From NCBI GenBank assembly GCA_030867685.1, contig JAQOWU010000007.1:2356001-2420000 (forward strand): a DNA stretch of 64,000 nucleotides. The letters are read 5' to 3'. Under the pieces are notes generated by a model. That model had not been told where the DNA came from, ran no database searches, and saw nothing but the letters and a program-made list of their open reading frames with translations. This document shows positions 9,818 to 21,157 of the stretch, piece by piece (position 1 is the first letter of the stretch; each line of letters begins with the position of its first letter). A program made the translations under genes and the position numbers. The DNA is from Wickerhamiella versatilis. Its lineage: Eukaryota.

Positions 9818-10310
9818 TAAGCTAGGTTTTGTCCAAGAGAGAGTAAGGAACGGTCCCGACACAGGATATTCACCAATTGCAACCGCCCTTTGGCGTGAGA
9901 TTTTGTAACGAGTAATCCCAAAATTGTGGCTATATCCGTCGCGCTTGACGAACTGGTGGTTACTGTCCGGCAGATCGCGGGCAAAGAGCTTGAATTGACC
10001 GAAGTCAAATGCTGCAAGTTTCGTCGAGGGAGAGCTATTTCCAGCCTACTAGAAACTACCACTAGCCAAGATCCGAAGTATATTTCGTGGATAGCATAGG
10101 GCATGTTTTCCACCAGACAGGATCCAATATACATGGTCTGTGAGGGTAATGATGGCATTCTTATCTTTCCCCTCAATGATCCATCCTGAGACTGGTTGGA
10201 ATCGGAATATAAGTTCAACAAGGGAAGTCCAACCGTTTTCTCGGTGCGGACATTTTCAATGCTCTATAGGACGTTTCTAACCCCATGGGGACCCCGTGCA
10301 GCGTGTTATC
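9818..10310 (-). pseudogene. Decayed tandem paralog of the neighbouring aldose 1-epimerase
   Basis: DNA aligns colinearly with 11297-11870 (e.g. AGAGAGAGTAAGGA.CGGTCCCGACACAGGAT). Translation gives GYSHNF...RAVAIGEYPVSG versus GYDHNF...RVVAIVEDPVSG, and NTLHGVP versus NALHGGP. Contains stops and indels; boundaries approximate. Confidence 0.85.
10185..10200 (-). repeat. Partial copy of the 41-bp repeat inside the galM pseudogene
   Basis: CCTGAGACTGGTTGGA, a 16/16 match to the reverse-complement consensus. Confidence 0.7.
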
Positions 10311-11110
10311 AAGGTCTTTGGTAGGCATGATAGTGCTGAAATACCCTGGGCAGCCACCGCATGCATCGTAACACTGCGCAGTCTTCAGGAAACAAGAGAA
10401 GTTGGTGTCCTGGCAGCAATAGTGAGAGTAGAAATACGCCATATTTGATTCTCTTGGTTCAAGCATCTTGAGGTTAGCAAAGACACTACGTTCGAAGCCG
10501 AAGCAATACGAAAGAGGATCGGGTAATACAGTTAGAACCAAATGCATTTTGCAATTGCTTTGTCCTTATTTATGGCTGATTTTCAGCCCTATTCAAAAGT
10601 ATTTCCTGGTCTATAGCCGTCCCACATTGTTACTAAGCAATGACTCCCCGCATTTTCCCCAGCAGGCCATGCAAGGAACGGTTACGGTGATTAAAAGCAT
10701 TAGCAGAAGCTTTAAAGAGGAAGTAAATTGTTGGCTACGTATAGATTTAGGTTTTGCTCACTGTGCCCCAAATTTTGCAGGGTGATGATGATGTGTCGTG
10801 GGTCTATGTGCTGATAAGAGACACCGCACAACGATAAGACCTGCCCGTAGCATGAAGCACTGCTTGCTATCCACATGAGACTGAGCGCTGAAATCATGGA
10901 ATGTATGCGCAGTAGATCCCGGTATTTCAAGTTGGGGATTCAGGTGGATGAAGTACTACATAACGTCGTGTATTTTGTTTGCTCAGTAGTCGTTGTGAAC
11001 GCTTCACGAATTACATCTGCTGCGATGTCTTGGCTTAGACATGCTTTTGTACTTGTGCTTGTGCTCACGCTTGGGAGTGCACTGTTGGAGCTCTCACAAA
11101 AAGAGTTGAC

Positions 11111-12235
11111 TTACTTGGTACTGAACTGGTACGTGATGTAGTTTTTGTAAACTTCCCCAGGTTTCAAGAGAGCGGAACCAAATTCAGGTCTGTTCGGAGT
11201 GTCGGGGAATATTTGGGGCTCGAGCACAAATGCGTCGCCTTGTCGATACTTACGGCCACTCGTGCCTACAATTGTCCCATTGAATCCATTGCCGGAGTAG
11301 AACTGAAGACCTGGCTTTGTAGAAGAGAGAGTAAGGACCCGTCCCGACACAGGATCCTCAACAATGGCAACCACCCTTTGCTCTGCAGCCTCGTGGCGAC
11401 TGATCACAAAATTATGGTCGTATCCCTGGCCATTAGTGAGCTGCTCATCGTTAACGCGGACGTCCTGGCCAATAGGCTTGGGCTTGCGGAAATCGAACGG
11501 TGTACCTGTGACATTATTGAAATCGCCGGTGGGGATGCCTGTGGAATCCACTGGGAGATACTCATCTGCATTGATTTGAATATAGTTATCATAGACAGTA
11601 CGAGACCCTTCGCCAGAAAGATCCCAGTATGCGTGGTTAGTGAGATTGATGATGGTTGATTTATCCGTTTCGGCCGTGTAGTTGATGTGTAACTCGTTGG
11701 AGTTCGTCAACGAATAGGTTACCACCACCTTAAGATTTCCCGGGAACCCCTGATCGCCATCAGGGCTAAGATAGCTGAGATTCACACTAATCGCGTCCTT
11801 TGTTTCGTCAATTCCGGTGATGTTCCATAGAACGTTGTAAAACCCTTCAGGCCCCCCATGCAGCGCGTTCCCCCTATCATTCGTGGGAACCTGGTATTCG
11901 TGATCCCCTATACTGAATTTTCCCTTATGAATGCGATTCGCATACCTCCCCACACAAGATCCGAAGTATTGGGGATTCTTGACGTCGTCCGTTATGTTTC
12001 GGTAGCCCAGCACGACGTTGGCTAGGTTTCCTTCGCGATCTGGAACATACAGAGCATGTAAAGCTGCACCCCAGTTGATGATCTCGGCCTTCACACCGTT
12101 TTTATTGGTTAGTGTCACACTGGTAACCTGTCTGCCATCGGGAAGAGTGCCAAATACACTCCGATGAGAGCTACCTGAGGCAAAGGTTGTGGCTGCCGCA
12201 CCGCCGAGCGAGGGCAATAAACTAGAATTCTTCAT
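11111..12235 (-). CDS. galM: Aldose 1-epimerase (mutarotase), stand-alone bacterial type
   Basis: GRYANRI, LHGG, DGDQGFPGNL, NLTNHAYW, GYDHNF, PGLQFYSGN and LEPQ.FPD.PN. Confidence 0.93.
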   Translation of the reverse strand: MKNSSLLPSLGGAAATTFASGSSHRSVFGTLPDGRQVTSVTLTNKNGVKAEIINWGAALHALYVPDREGNLANVVLGYRNITDDVKNPQYFGSCVGRYANRIHKGKFSIGDHEYQVPTNDRGNALHGGPEGFYNVLWNITGIDETKDAISVNLSYLSPDGDQGFPGNLKVVVTYSLTNSNELHINYTAETDKSTIINLTNHAYWDLSGEGSRTVYDNYIQINADEYLPVDSTGIPTGDFNNVTGTPFDFRKPKPIGQDVRVNDEQLTNGQGYDHNFVISRHEAAEQRVVAIVEDPVSGRVLTLSSTKPGLQFYSGNGFNGTIVGTSGRKYRQGDAFVLEPQIFPDTPNRPEFGSALLKPGEVYKNYITYQFSTK

Positions 12236-12441
12236 GATGCTATTTCATTATTCTTACGAAAACTCTCTTATATCGTAGCTTGTCACATGCATGGCACGGC
12301 ATCAGATGCCCTTACCTATGACTAAATCAGGTATGGTCCCCGCATTTTTGACGAGGGACCCGAGCAAAAATTAACAGTCACTTTTTATTACCTTTTGAAT
12401 ATTGCCTTTCTATGCTGGCTAGTTTTGTAAACCAGACGTAG

Positions 12442-13959
12442 CTAGCCTATGCACTTCTGAAGAGTATATAGCATTCCAGTGGCATTATTCGTTATGCCTT
12501 CGCCTGAGACGCTGATGTGCGTTAATGGGTCTCGCGGAAATACTGCTAGAGTAGCCGTATGTAGTCCGTTCATTGCATAAACTTCTAACGTAGATCGGTC
12601 GAGCACTACCCGCAAATCCAGGATGGTTGTCTCTCCAAGGGCTGTTGAGAACTTATCAGTGAAAAATGGATTAGAAAACCCAGCTAGATGGCCCCGATCA
12701 ACCCAGAGACTAGTTGCGGATACATCGTAGCCGATAGACACGAACTCACCACCTTCATTCTCTATTCTCATTTCAAAATACCCATTTCCTGCCGGGCTGG
12801 ACATGTTTGCTTTTAGCACCAGCTCTACCGCCTTCCCGTCAGCAGGCAACGAATAATATTGCGAACTATTCGCTGAAGGGGTTATCGACGTAGAATTCCC
12901 GCGTAATGCCTCTATACCTCGGGGCTGCTGGTAAAGTTTCAGATTGCCGAATTGATCTGGCCCAAGCCGCAATGTTCGAGGGAGACTCATTGCACTTCTC
13001 CATCCCTCCTGCGCTGTGGGAGTCTTTTGACAATATTGCCAGTTGCCCAGCCACGTTATGTATACTGCCTCCCCTCCAGGCATATCTGTCCAAAGCTTTC
13101 CAGCATAGTTATCCTTAGCAAAATCAAGCCAATTGGTGACAGTTGTTGTGGGGGTGAAAACTGTACCATTGAAATCGCCAATAAAGTACTGCGTTGCACT
13201 ACCGCCCTGAGGCGCACCTGGGTTCACACTCACCAGCAGGACCCACTTACCGTCGACATAGAAAATGTCAGGGCATTCATAGTCGATACCCACCGTCCCA
13301 GAAGGACCGAAGTCCGACTGGTGCTGCCAATGCAGCAAGTCTGGTGAGGAGTAGAAAGCAATTTTGTGTTCCCTGCTTTTAGCAACTGACATTATCCAAC
13401 GGTTAGTCTCTGCGTGCCACTTAACATCTGGATCTCGGAATTGGTCACTACCAATATCAATGACAGGGTTTAACGGATAATCCACAAATGTTTTTCCGCC
13501 GTCATGCGATGAAGCAACCCATTGTGACTGGTTGGCTCCAAAGGCCCGGGTATAGATAGCTACGAGTCCGCCGGGCTCCCCTGCTGACCAGAGCCCGCTG
13601 GTGTTGTTTCTATCGTAAACACAGCTACCAGAAAATGCATTTCCTTCACCATCGGGTGAGACATCAATAGCTGTGGGGCCCTGAACCCAATGCAGCAGAT
13701 CATTGCTTGTGGCATGGCCCCACCGTGGACTACCTGCGACCACCTTTTCCGTTTCATGCTGGAAATATAAGTGGTAGACAGATCCATCCCATATCAGGCC
13801 ATTCGGGTCATTCATGAAGCCAAACTTAGGAGTGAAATGTACGTTGGGTCGATACAAATTTGTTTGGTTCGCAGATTCCTGGGGAAAAGCGGCCTTATCT
13901 TCCGACCATGTTGAGCCATCTACTCCCAGAAGCATTGCCATCAAATTAAAAGCGTACAT
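12442..13959 (-). CDS. GH32 invertase / beta-fructofuranosidase
   Basis: Catalytic motifs FMNDPNG, WGHATS, FSGS, FRDP and ECP. First ATG at 13959, followed by a short hydrophobic leader. Confidence 0.92.
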   Translation of the reverse strand: MYAFNLMAMLLGVDGSTWSEDKAAFPQESANQTNLYRPNVHFTPKFGFMNDPNGLIWDGSVYHLYFQHETEKVVAGSPRWGHATSNDLLHWVQGPTAIDVSPDGEGNAFSGSCVYDRNNTSGLWSAGEPGGLVAIYTRAFGANQSQWVASSHDGGKTFVDYPLNPVIDIGSDQFRDPDVKWHAETNRWIMSVAKSREHKIAFYSSPDLLHWQHQSDFGPSGTVGIDYECPDIFYVDGKWVLLVSVNPGAPQGGSATQYFIGDFNGTVFTPTTTVTNWLDFAKDNYAGKLWTDMPGGEAVYITWLGNWQYCQKTPTAQEGWRSAMSLPRTLRLGPDQFGNLKLYQQPRGIEALRGNSTSITPSANSSQYYSLPADGKAVELVLKANMSSPAGNGYFEMRIENEGGEFVSIGYDVSATSLWVDRGHLAGFSNPFFTDKFSTALGETTILDLRVVLDRSTLEVYAMNGLHTATLAVFPRDPLTHISVSGEGITNNATGMLYTLQKCIG

Positions 13960-14844
13960 CCTTTTTTTGTCGCTTAATAAATCCGATGGACGATCAGCTG
14001 TCACAACCTTATTCTTTTGCGTTAATAAATAATCTCGAGATATTATTAAATATCTGCCTGTAGCAGCCAACTAGCTGTTTTCCGGAGTCTAATTCGGGTA
14101 AATTTAAAGCAACAGGCATGAATTATATATAGCAATAGCCAGAAATGAATTTCATACGGTGGAAGGCGCTTCGCCTAGGATTGCTTCCAACTAGGATTGG
14201 ATCACAGCAAGCATTAGGGTAGGGGTTGGTTGCTGTCCTTACTAACCTTTGAATATCCAAAAAACAGACCTTGGCATGTCCAAGGGCTTTATGTTTTCTG
14301 CTGTATGACTACTCCTAAGCTTCCTCTTTGGCTTTGGAATTATTGAAAGTACAACTGGACGTTCTCACCGCGTCACTCTTAATATTTCGCATATGTGTTA
14401 AGTAGAGCAATACCCTGGGTCAAAGATCTCACATCGAAATGGCATCGTATAATCACTATTTTAGGGCTACTAATACGAAACAACAAATAATGATTCGCGA
14501 TTAAGAGTGACTTATAAAGAGCGTCTAGTGTACTCCGAGCAATGGCTCCGCAGGCATGCCTGTGGTGTCGTCCGGCGTTAGCTCCTATCTGGGACTGGAA
14601 ACTGAATTGGCGGTTTTATGTATCTTAATTACTATCTTTGTGAAATATGTCTCGTCAGGCCAGGACACCTGCCGAATTCAACTAGGTTTTTCGCCTTCTA
14701 TAGTCTAATTTCCAGGTGAAATCAGTTGAATAGCTTTCTTTGGTACATTGGACGCAAAATTTTGGTACTATCATCTGCACCAGGTGTATTAACGGTAGAC
14801 TGGCCATTGAAATAGCTAGTTAGCTGTTTGAACTTCAGCATCAC

Positions 14845-15279
14845 CTACTCTGCTCGAATAGCGCCGCGCTTCGCAATGACCTCAAACTCGACATGCATGC
14901 GTTCATCTATGAGCTGGCATATCAGGAGGGCACCAGATGCCGGCCTCGGCTCGGAAATAACCTCTGTCAGAACTGCGTCCATTGGCGCTGCGTAGGACCT
15001 ATCAGTGATGTACGGCTTGATTTGAACGACTTCACTGAAAGAACTTCCTGCCTTGTTGAGCAGCTCTTCAACGTTCTTGAGCGCCTGGCGCGTCTGTTCT
15101 TTCGTGTCCGGCGAAATGCTGTCCGTACCTGGAATATGGCCACCAACCCCAGTTACAAATATCCAATCCTCGCTGAATAGTGCTGGTGGAAATGGATGTG
15201 TTTTCTCTGTGGTCGAGATGGGCTGCCACTTATCCACGGCGCTCATATTGGCCCTCTTCATTGTCCCTGTGCCGGTCAT
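14845..15279 (-). CDS. Rid (YjgF/YER057c/UK114) family protein, type lacking the catalytic Arg
   Basis: IFVTGVGG, QTRQALKNV..LL..AG, RPAS and VEFEVIA. Start uncertain (15279, 15261 or 15246). Confidence 0.85.
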   Translation of the reverse strand: MTGTGTMKRANMSAVDKWQPISTTEKTHPFPPALFSEDWIFVTGVGGHIPGTDSISPDTKEQTRQALKNVEELLNKAGSSFSEVVQIKPYITDRSYAAPMDAVLTEVISEPRPASGALLICQLIDERMHVEFEVIAKRGAIRAE

Positions 15280-15912
15280 TGTAGACAAAACAATTAAATT
15301 TTGTTAGTCAGCTGCCCCGCTCGATACACCGCACAATCGGATCTACGTAGAGAATGCTTCGACAATATCTAGGCTGCTATAAGGTAAAAAATGCTTGAAT
15401 TTCATACCTTAACACTATGAAGCAAGCTGATTTGACCTTCCTACGTTGACTTGTGAGTTCTATCGTCAATTTTAGCACGTTGCTCCTTGTTGTTCGGTGG
15501 AAGAGTTGTTCGATAAGAGCTCTAATAAAATATTGTTGATAAATATTAATTAAATGTTTTGTTTACCAGCAATGTCAATGAGCTGGAGTACCACAAAGCT
15601 TTCAAACTCGCAATGCATACGTATGGTCATATATGTCAGCCCTCTATCCACTTCACTTAAGCACAAGCTGTAAGATTTGTATTCTGCGAATTTAAAATCA
15701 CATGTGCCCCAGCTGGCCTTCTCTTGATAAGGTAGGATTAACCCCATCAAAACTAGGCCTGGCCGAGCTAGACAAAGCCTAACTGCACCTATTAGCCAGG
15801 AAGTATTCATAAGCTTCTGAGTCTAATGCTTGCCTTTTTAAAAAAAATTCTATGGTCCAATAATCAATAAAAAAAATGCATAAAACATATGCCCATTAAT
15901 GACACACTGATG

Positions 15913-17628
15913 CTAATGAAACGGGGGATAATACTCATCAAGAAGCTCAGCAAGATCTCGAGCTACTTCGCCCTCGTCTTCATGGGTAGAAAGTTTCTCC
16001 CACAACTCGTTTTCTATTTGATGCATGGCTGTCACAGTGCCACTCGCATTGAAAGACTCTATCGAAGGCCTATCACACGTATCAAATGTGTCAAAATCAC
16101 ACTGATCTTCTGGAAGATCCTCTTTGGGGAAGCAGAAGACACGTGCATCTCCAGCGAAGATCTTGAGATAGTCACTGCATGGTACTGTAATCTGCCAGAG
16201 CCTGATTTTGTCATTAAAGGCCCACTTAAAATAACTGTGACTTCTGAACGCCTTGTACTCTACCTGCAGCATCCTCTCATTTTCCTTGGGAACCATTGAA
16301 GCTACCCCTTCAAACAAAGATCGACGAAGCGGAGATATATCCTGAACACTGTAAATGTGATTATTCTTGCAGTTAACTTTCTTTTTCATTTTGGCATAGG
16401 CCAGGCCCGTGATGTCGATATAAGTCCCTCTCTGAACATCAATAAAGCGAGCATCGATTAGATTATGACCGTTACCTTGAGTACGTTCCACATAATAAGG
16501 ACTAACGTCAATGTAATACATGTTGTAGTCCCCATTTTCATGAGTCACAACCATTGATCCATTAAAGATTTTCGCAAAACGGTCGAGCTCCAGGATCGGC
16601 ATTTGGATATCATGGTCGCTATCCCAGGGCATGGTAAGGCCATTCCACCACCAGCCAAGAAGGGAACCATGTGCATACCAGTATAATATTCCCATCGTAT
16701 CTGCAAATTGAGACCAGGCTCGCGCGATGTTTTGAACGCTCTTCACGTGGTCCTCAAACCCCTTGATGCCACGAAAGAAACGCCAATCATAATGTCCACC
16801 ATATGATGCTGGGTCATTTTTTAGTGGGACCTCATAAAAATGTTTTTTTGAATTGGGGATATTTGCCAGTGCCTGCTCCAAGGTGACAACATGGGACCGG
16901 TCCCCTGGTTTTATATCACGCGACTTTGCCTTTTCCCGGAGGTCTTGTTGATTCAAATTCCAAGCATAGAGGTCATTGGGTACATCCACTGTCAGGCGAT
17001 CAATACTTTTAATGGCCGTGCTATTATTGAGCTGCTCGACCAAAGGTTCACTAATATTCTGAGGCAGTGTGCATTCGGAATGGCCGAACTGCTTGTGGCA
17101 CTTATCCTTAGGCGGATCATTCAAATCAAATATCTCCATCCCACCCTTGGTCTCCGGATTTGATGGGTCAGCGAGCACGATGATACGCGATGGATGTGAC
17201 ATGTTATACTTCGCAAAGAGACTTCCAATCATTGCATTCTCAAGACTACTTGACTCTTTTCGAGGCGGGAACTCAATCTCGCCTAAATTGCATTCGACCA
17301 GATGCGGATAAAGTTTGGCATCAAGATCCTTGTTATAAAAAAACTTGGTCTTGTCTAGGTTAAGCCAGTCGTTCCAGTCGAAGGTCCGTTTCCCTGTTCT
17401 AAGAATGTTGATTAGCGAACCGATATCTCTAGGGGTATCCCAGTCCAAATCCTCATCAGCCTTCCCAGGGCGGACTAGAGTCTTTGGGGCAATAGCAGAG
17501 GCCTGTGACATTGTTAAGACCGTGGCAACGATCAACGCTACCAGGATAGCCATCCGCAATAACGCCATGGCACTTACCGATTTTGGCAGACAGGCCGTCA
17601 TATTGCATGCTCTAGGCCTCAACTTCAT
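15913..17628 (-). CDS. Mnn4/LicD-family mannosylphosphorylation protein (type II membrane)
   Basis: N-terminal TM segment. Motifs HYDWRFF, AHGSLLGWWWNGLTMPWDSDHDIQMP, NLIDARFID and YIDITGL. Confidence 0.88.
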   Translation of the reverse strand: MKLRPRACNMTACLPKSVSAMALLRMAILVALIVATVLTMSQASAIAPKTLVRPGKADEDLDWDTPRDIGSLINILRTGKRTFDWNDWLNLDKTKFFYNKDLDAKLYPHLVECNLGEIEFPPRKESSSLENAMIGSLFAKYNMSHPSRIIVLADPSNPETKGGMEIFDLNDPPKDKCHKQFGHSECTLPQNISEPLVEQLNNSTAIKSIDRLTVDVPNDLYAWNLNQQDLREKAKSRDIKPGDRSHVVTLEQALANIPNSKKHFYEVPLKNDPASYGGHYDWRFFRGIKGFEDHVKSVQNIARAWSQFADTMGILYWYAHGSLLGWWWNGLTMPWDSDHDIQMPILELDRFAKIFNGSMVVTHENGDYNMYYIDVSPYYVERTQGNGHNLIDARFIDVQRGTYIDITGLAYAKMKKKVNCKNNHIYSVQDISPLRRSLFEGVASMVPKENERMLQVEYKAFRSHSYFKWAFNDKIRLWQITVPCSDYLKIFAGDARVFCFPKEDLPEDQCDFDTFDTCDRPSIESFNASGTVTAMHQIENELWEKLSTHEDEGEVARDLAELLDEYYPPFH

Positions 17629-18136
17629 GTTGAGAGATAGTGGAGAGAGCTCAATATGTCTAGATCTTGGCTGATGACACAGCCTCGGATTACTGACCTA
17701 ACCCTCAAATCGATTTCGGGATTAGTCTCCGTGCTCACGCGACAAAATATCCTGGGGTAAATGATCAACAGGGCACAAATTGCTTGGTTAATCGTTACTT
17801 CAAAGCAAATTAAATACCTGAGCTAAACGCCCTATTTACTCGATCTGGTACCCTGGGGTGTCTGTATTTTCTTTTTAACCCCGCCAAGCTCCATTCCTTG
17901 ATACTATGTGTCATCATGAAACAACGTGCATGTTCCGGATACATGTGTATCATGTATATTCCTACAAGAAAGGTTATGTAGTAGAATTAAAGGAATAAAT
18001 GCGATAGCACTACGTCTTTTATCTCGTGAATACAAAACATGATGGTACAGTATATTATGTGATATTATGTTATATTATATTATAAAATATTAAGAGCGTA
18101 ATGTTCGAAGCTTGAAACAGAAAGACATGAGTGAAC

Positions 18137-20713
18137 CTAAGGGAGTGGACCTGGTGGACCGAAAAATCCTGATTCTGGGATTTTCAGACGACGGGCTTCA
18201 TAATCTGCATCAAGCCCCTTACTGGCGACGTGGTTACCCCACCAACTGATGCTTGCCTTGTGATTATATTCGGTGGAGAAAAACATGATGAGGGCGGAGT
18301 AGGCCACACCTACCCCTAGCGCAGCCCAAATGATATGCACATACTGGGTATGCCAGCGCGGATAGCGTCGCTTTACGAAATAGCTAAAGAACCAGCACAA
18401 AAATGCATTCGGTGCCGTATACTGGAGAGAATCGGGAGCCCAATATTTTGCTCCAGCAAGTAGAGCAAGCTCATTAATAGAGTTCGTCCACTGCAACCGT
18501 GTCTGCCACACACTCGAGAAGCGAGGCAAACACCACCGCCTAAACACATATATAGGTAGTGGCAGCAGTGCTCCATACAAGAAACTCCACTTTAGGCCAG
18601 GATAAATGTTCCTGAAAAGGCGTACCGTCCCAATCGTTCCGAAATTTACTCCAGCATTGAAGTACTGGCGTGCGCTACCACATGTGAAACGGCTACTTGT
18701 ATTACCCGTACTACACATGTCCGGAATTCCACCTTCGAATTGTTGCCAGTATATGATACCAGATTGTACAAAGCAAGAAACAAGACACGCGATCATCTGC
18801 AATCGGAAAACAGGCCTCATTGGGATCGAAACGTAGTGGGCCTGCTTCAAGGACATCAGGAAAGCCTCTGCCTGGTTCGTCAAGGTTGTTGCATACGCTT
18901 TTGTGATCATATTTGATTGTGCGTCGCCAGGCCTTAGGGCACCCATAACAACTTCCATTATTTCATTAGGGTCAATTTGGTAGCTCGTGGCCTGATACAA
19001 ATATGCAAATGGGACGATGAGAACTAGTGAAATACCAATGGATAGCACGATCGACCATACAGGTGTGTTCGTGCTCTTGTAACCTTCGACCATACCAACC
19101 GAAACCACAAAAGAAGCTATAAGGACACAGATATACCACCATTCCGGAACTTCCTTGAACTGTTTCATTGCACGACTGAATCGGTCATTCTGTCCTGCTA
19201 AAACCTTATCGGCGCGCAAGAATCCAAGGGCAAGTTGCTTCATTGACCGCAGAATATGCTTGCCATGATACAGAATAGCGTACGTCACAGCTGCAGGATA
19301 CAGAGCAAGGTTGCAACCATATCCAATAAGAGCACCTGCTGTGAAGTATGGATACGAATAAGATTTGTATTTGTCGTATGCGAAGCCACCATTGCTATCC
19401 AGAATTTTGGTGACATTGTACTTCTTACCAGTGTTGGCATATAGGTTATTGGAATTTATCGGCAGGTACCCTGTATTATTGATATTGGTATACCAAACAC
19501 CGACAATCGCGCAGAATGAGATTACGAGTCCAAATATAGTATTGGCTTGTGACCACCACGGCATGATCATACCGTATCTGTCCGCGATATTCCAATCAAA
19601 AGTGGTCAAGAATGGAATTGGATTAAGACCCAGTCCACTTGTATTGCCACAGATTGCCGCCAAATGTACATTATTAGGGTTACACCAGACAGGCCAATCA
19701 AAGTTCTGAAGTCCCTTAAATACAAATTCTGTGATCCAGAACCACCCAAAGCTGAGCCAAGCAACTATCCAAAAAATCTCAAGACGAGTAATTCGCCAGT
19801 GATTCACCGTTTGCCTGACTTCAGGCCGAATGAGTGAACGGGACAATACGATATTTGGTAAAGCCTGGTACCAGATGGCATCTTCAGGGTATACCAGCAT
19901 CACTCGCAGAAGACCAGATACACCAAAGCCCATAAATGTGGAACTAAGAAGCAGAAGAATGACGTATCCATAACCAAGTCCAGGAAAATCAAAGAAGTTC
20001 TTGTTGGCCTGAGCCGTTATGACATAGTACACGTAGGGAGCTCTTGCTGCTACATTCACCGCGCATGTTGCAAGAACCTGCTCTTTGAACCTCCATGGTC
20101 CTGGATTAAGCCACCGCCACCGGCTGTCCTCGGCAGGCTGTGGTAGAAAAGCCCAGAGCCGGCCAGTGAGTGCCACAAGAATTTGGAGCGATATGCCACT
20201 CATTTTAATATCGGGGAACCGGTTATTAAAGAATGTATCCAAGCAGCTGCCGGCAGCTGCCCAGACAATACCAATTAGGTAGACACGCAAGGTTTCACAC
20301 GGTTCATCCTTCTCACCGATGGGGCGAGTGGCTGCACGTACCTCAGAATAGATAGACCACTGCGAGATCACGAATGCCTCAAACTTTACATGATACTCGA
20401 ACTCTGACTCGCTAAGATACGCAGGCTTTTCCGGGGCTGCCAGGGCTTGTAAATGCTGAAGGTATGGAATTGGGAGACCAGCATCGTTCTTGTGTTCCTC
20501 TGCGGCATTTCTAACGATAACTAGTGCTTCTTCAAGGCTGAGATCGTCTAAATGAGCTGCAATGATTTCCAAGTCCTCTGCAGTGAGAGACCCATCCGCA
20601 TACCAATCAGTCGTTCCACCAGATATCGAATCCGGCCCTATATACTCACCCTTCTCTCCTATCTGCTTTTCCTTTGACGAGTAACTCTGTGATTCAGAGT
20701 CACTGGACGACAT
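18137..20713 (-). CDS. OPT-family oligopeptide transporter
   Basis: S(P/I)YSEVRA, ETLRVY, NPGPWRFKEQ, EVPEWWY and ISWWGN; many TM segments. Confidence 0.92.
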   Translation of the reverse strand: MSSSDSESQSYSSKEKQIGEKGEYIGPDSISGGTTDWYADGSLTAEDLEIIAAHLDDLSLEEALVIVRNAAEEHKNDAGLPIPYLQHLQALAAPEKPAYLSESEFEYHVKFEAFVISQWSIYSEVRAATRPIGEKDEPCETLRVYLIGIVWAAAGSCLDTFFNNRFPDIKMSGISLQILVALTGRLWAFLPQPAEDSRWRWLNPGPWRFKEQVLATCAVNVAARAPYVYYVITAQANKNFFDFPGLGYGYVILLLLSSTFMGFGVSGLLRVMLVYPEDAIWYQALPNIVLSRSLIRPEVRQTVNHWRITRLEIFWIVAWLSFGWFWITEFVFKGLQNFDWPVWCNPNNVHLAAICGNTSGLGLNPIPFLTTFDWNIADRYGMIMPWWSQANTIFGLVISFCAIVGVWYTNINNTGYLPINSNNLYANTGKKYNVTKILDSNGGFAYDKYKSYSYPYFTAGALIGYGCNLALYPAAVTYAILYHGKHILRSMKQLALGFLRADKVLAGQNDRFSRAMKQFKEVPEWWYICVLIASFVVSVGMVEGYKSTNTPVWSIVLSIGISLVLIVPFAYLYQATSYQIDPNEIMEVVMGALRPGDAQSNMITKAYATTLTNQAEAFLMSLKQAHYVSIPMRPVFRLQMIACLVSCFVQSGIIYWQQFEGGIPDMCSTGNTSSRFTCGSARQYFNAGVNFGTIGTVRLFRNIYPGLKWSFLYGALLPLPIYVFRRWCLPRFSSVWQTRLQWTNSINELALLAGAKYWAPDSLQYTAPNAFLCWFFSYFVKRRYPRWHTQYVHIIWAALGVGVAYSALIMFFSTEYNHKASISWWGNHVASKGLDADYEARRLKIPESGFFGPPGPLP

Positions 20714-20793
20714 TTGCAGGAAAAATAAGCTTGGTACTTCCTATCGATAAGTCATCGCAAAGTGCTGAAAATGACGCATGAGATGACGCGTTA

Positions 20794-20801
20794 TCACGTG
20801 A
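20794..20801. promoter_or_regulatory. Possible bHLH (Cbf1-type) site TCACGTGA upstream of the OPT gene
   Basis: Perfect palindrome about 80 bp upstream of the ATG, with GATAAG and TGACGC motifs nearby. Confidence 0.35.
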
Positions 20802-21064
20802 CACGAAACTGATAAATTTTTTTCCGTATTTTTTACTTTCTCATATGAAGCATAAATTATCATGTTTTTTTTTGAAATTGACAATTTAAATTTTTTTATT
20901 AATCCAGAATATTCTACTTGAATTCTCTATCCCTTTATCCTAGACTTCGTCATTTGCGGGCTCTTTGGACCACCTCCTTCATATGAGTTTCAACATGTAA
21001 TTTCCGGGTTCTCAGTTTACGACTGCAGAAGCTACACGTGAGCAGCCTTCATCAGCAATAGCCC

Positions 21065-21083
21065 GCAAGATTGCCCACCCCAC
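21065..21083 (-). repeat. Degenerate partial copy of the 41-bp repeat
   Basis: GCAAGATTGCCCACCCCAC versus GCAAGATAGCCCACTTCAC (16/19). Confidence 0.5.
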
Positions 21084-21157
21084 GATTACGATTACGTGGG
21101 ATCAGGAAGATTCCTACAATCTGTTGGCTGTCTTCACCTTCTAATGCATTAGACGCA

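Noticed and set aside
13526-13535. Short 9-10 bp matches to the 41-mer inside coding regions (also 12171-12179 and 33737-33746)
   Set aside because: Matches this short are expected by chance in 64 kb and lie in intact reading frames.
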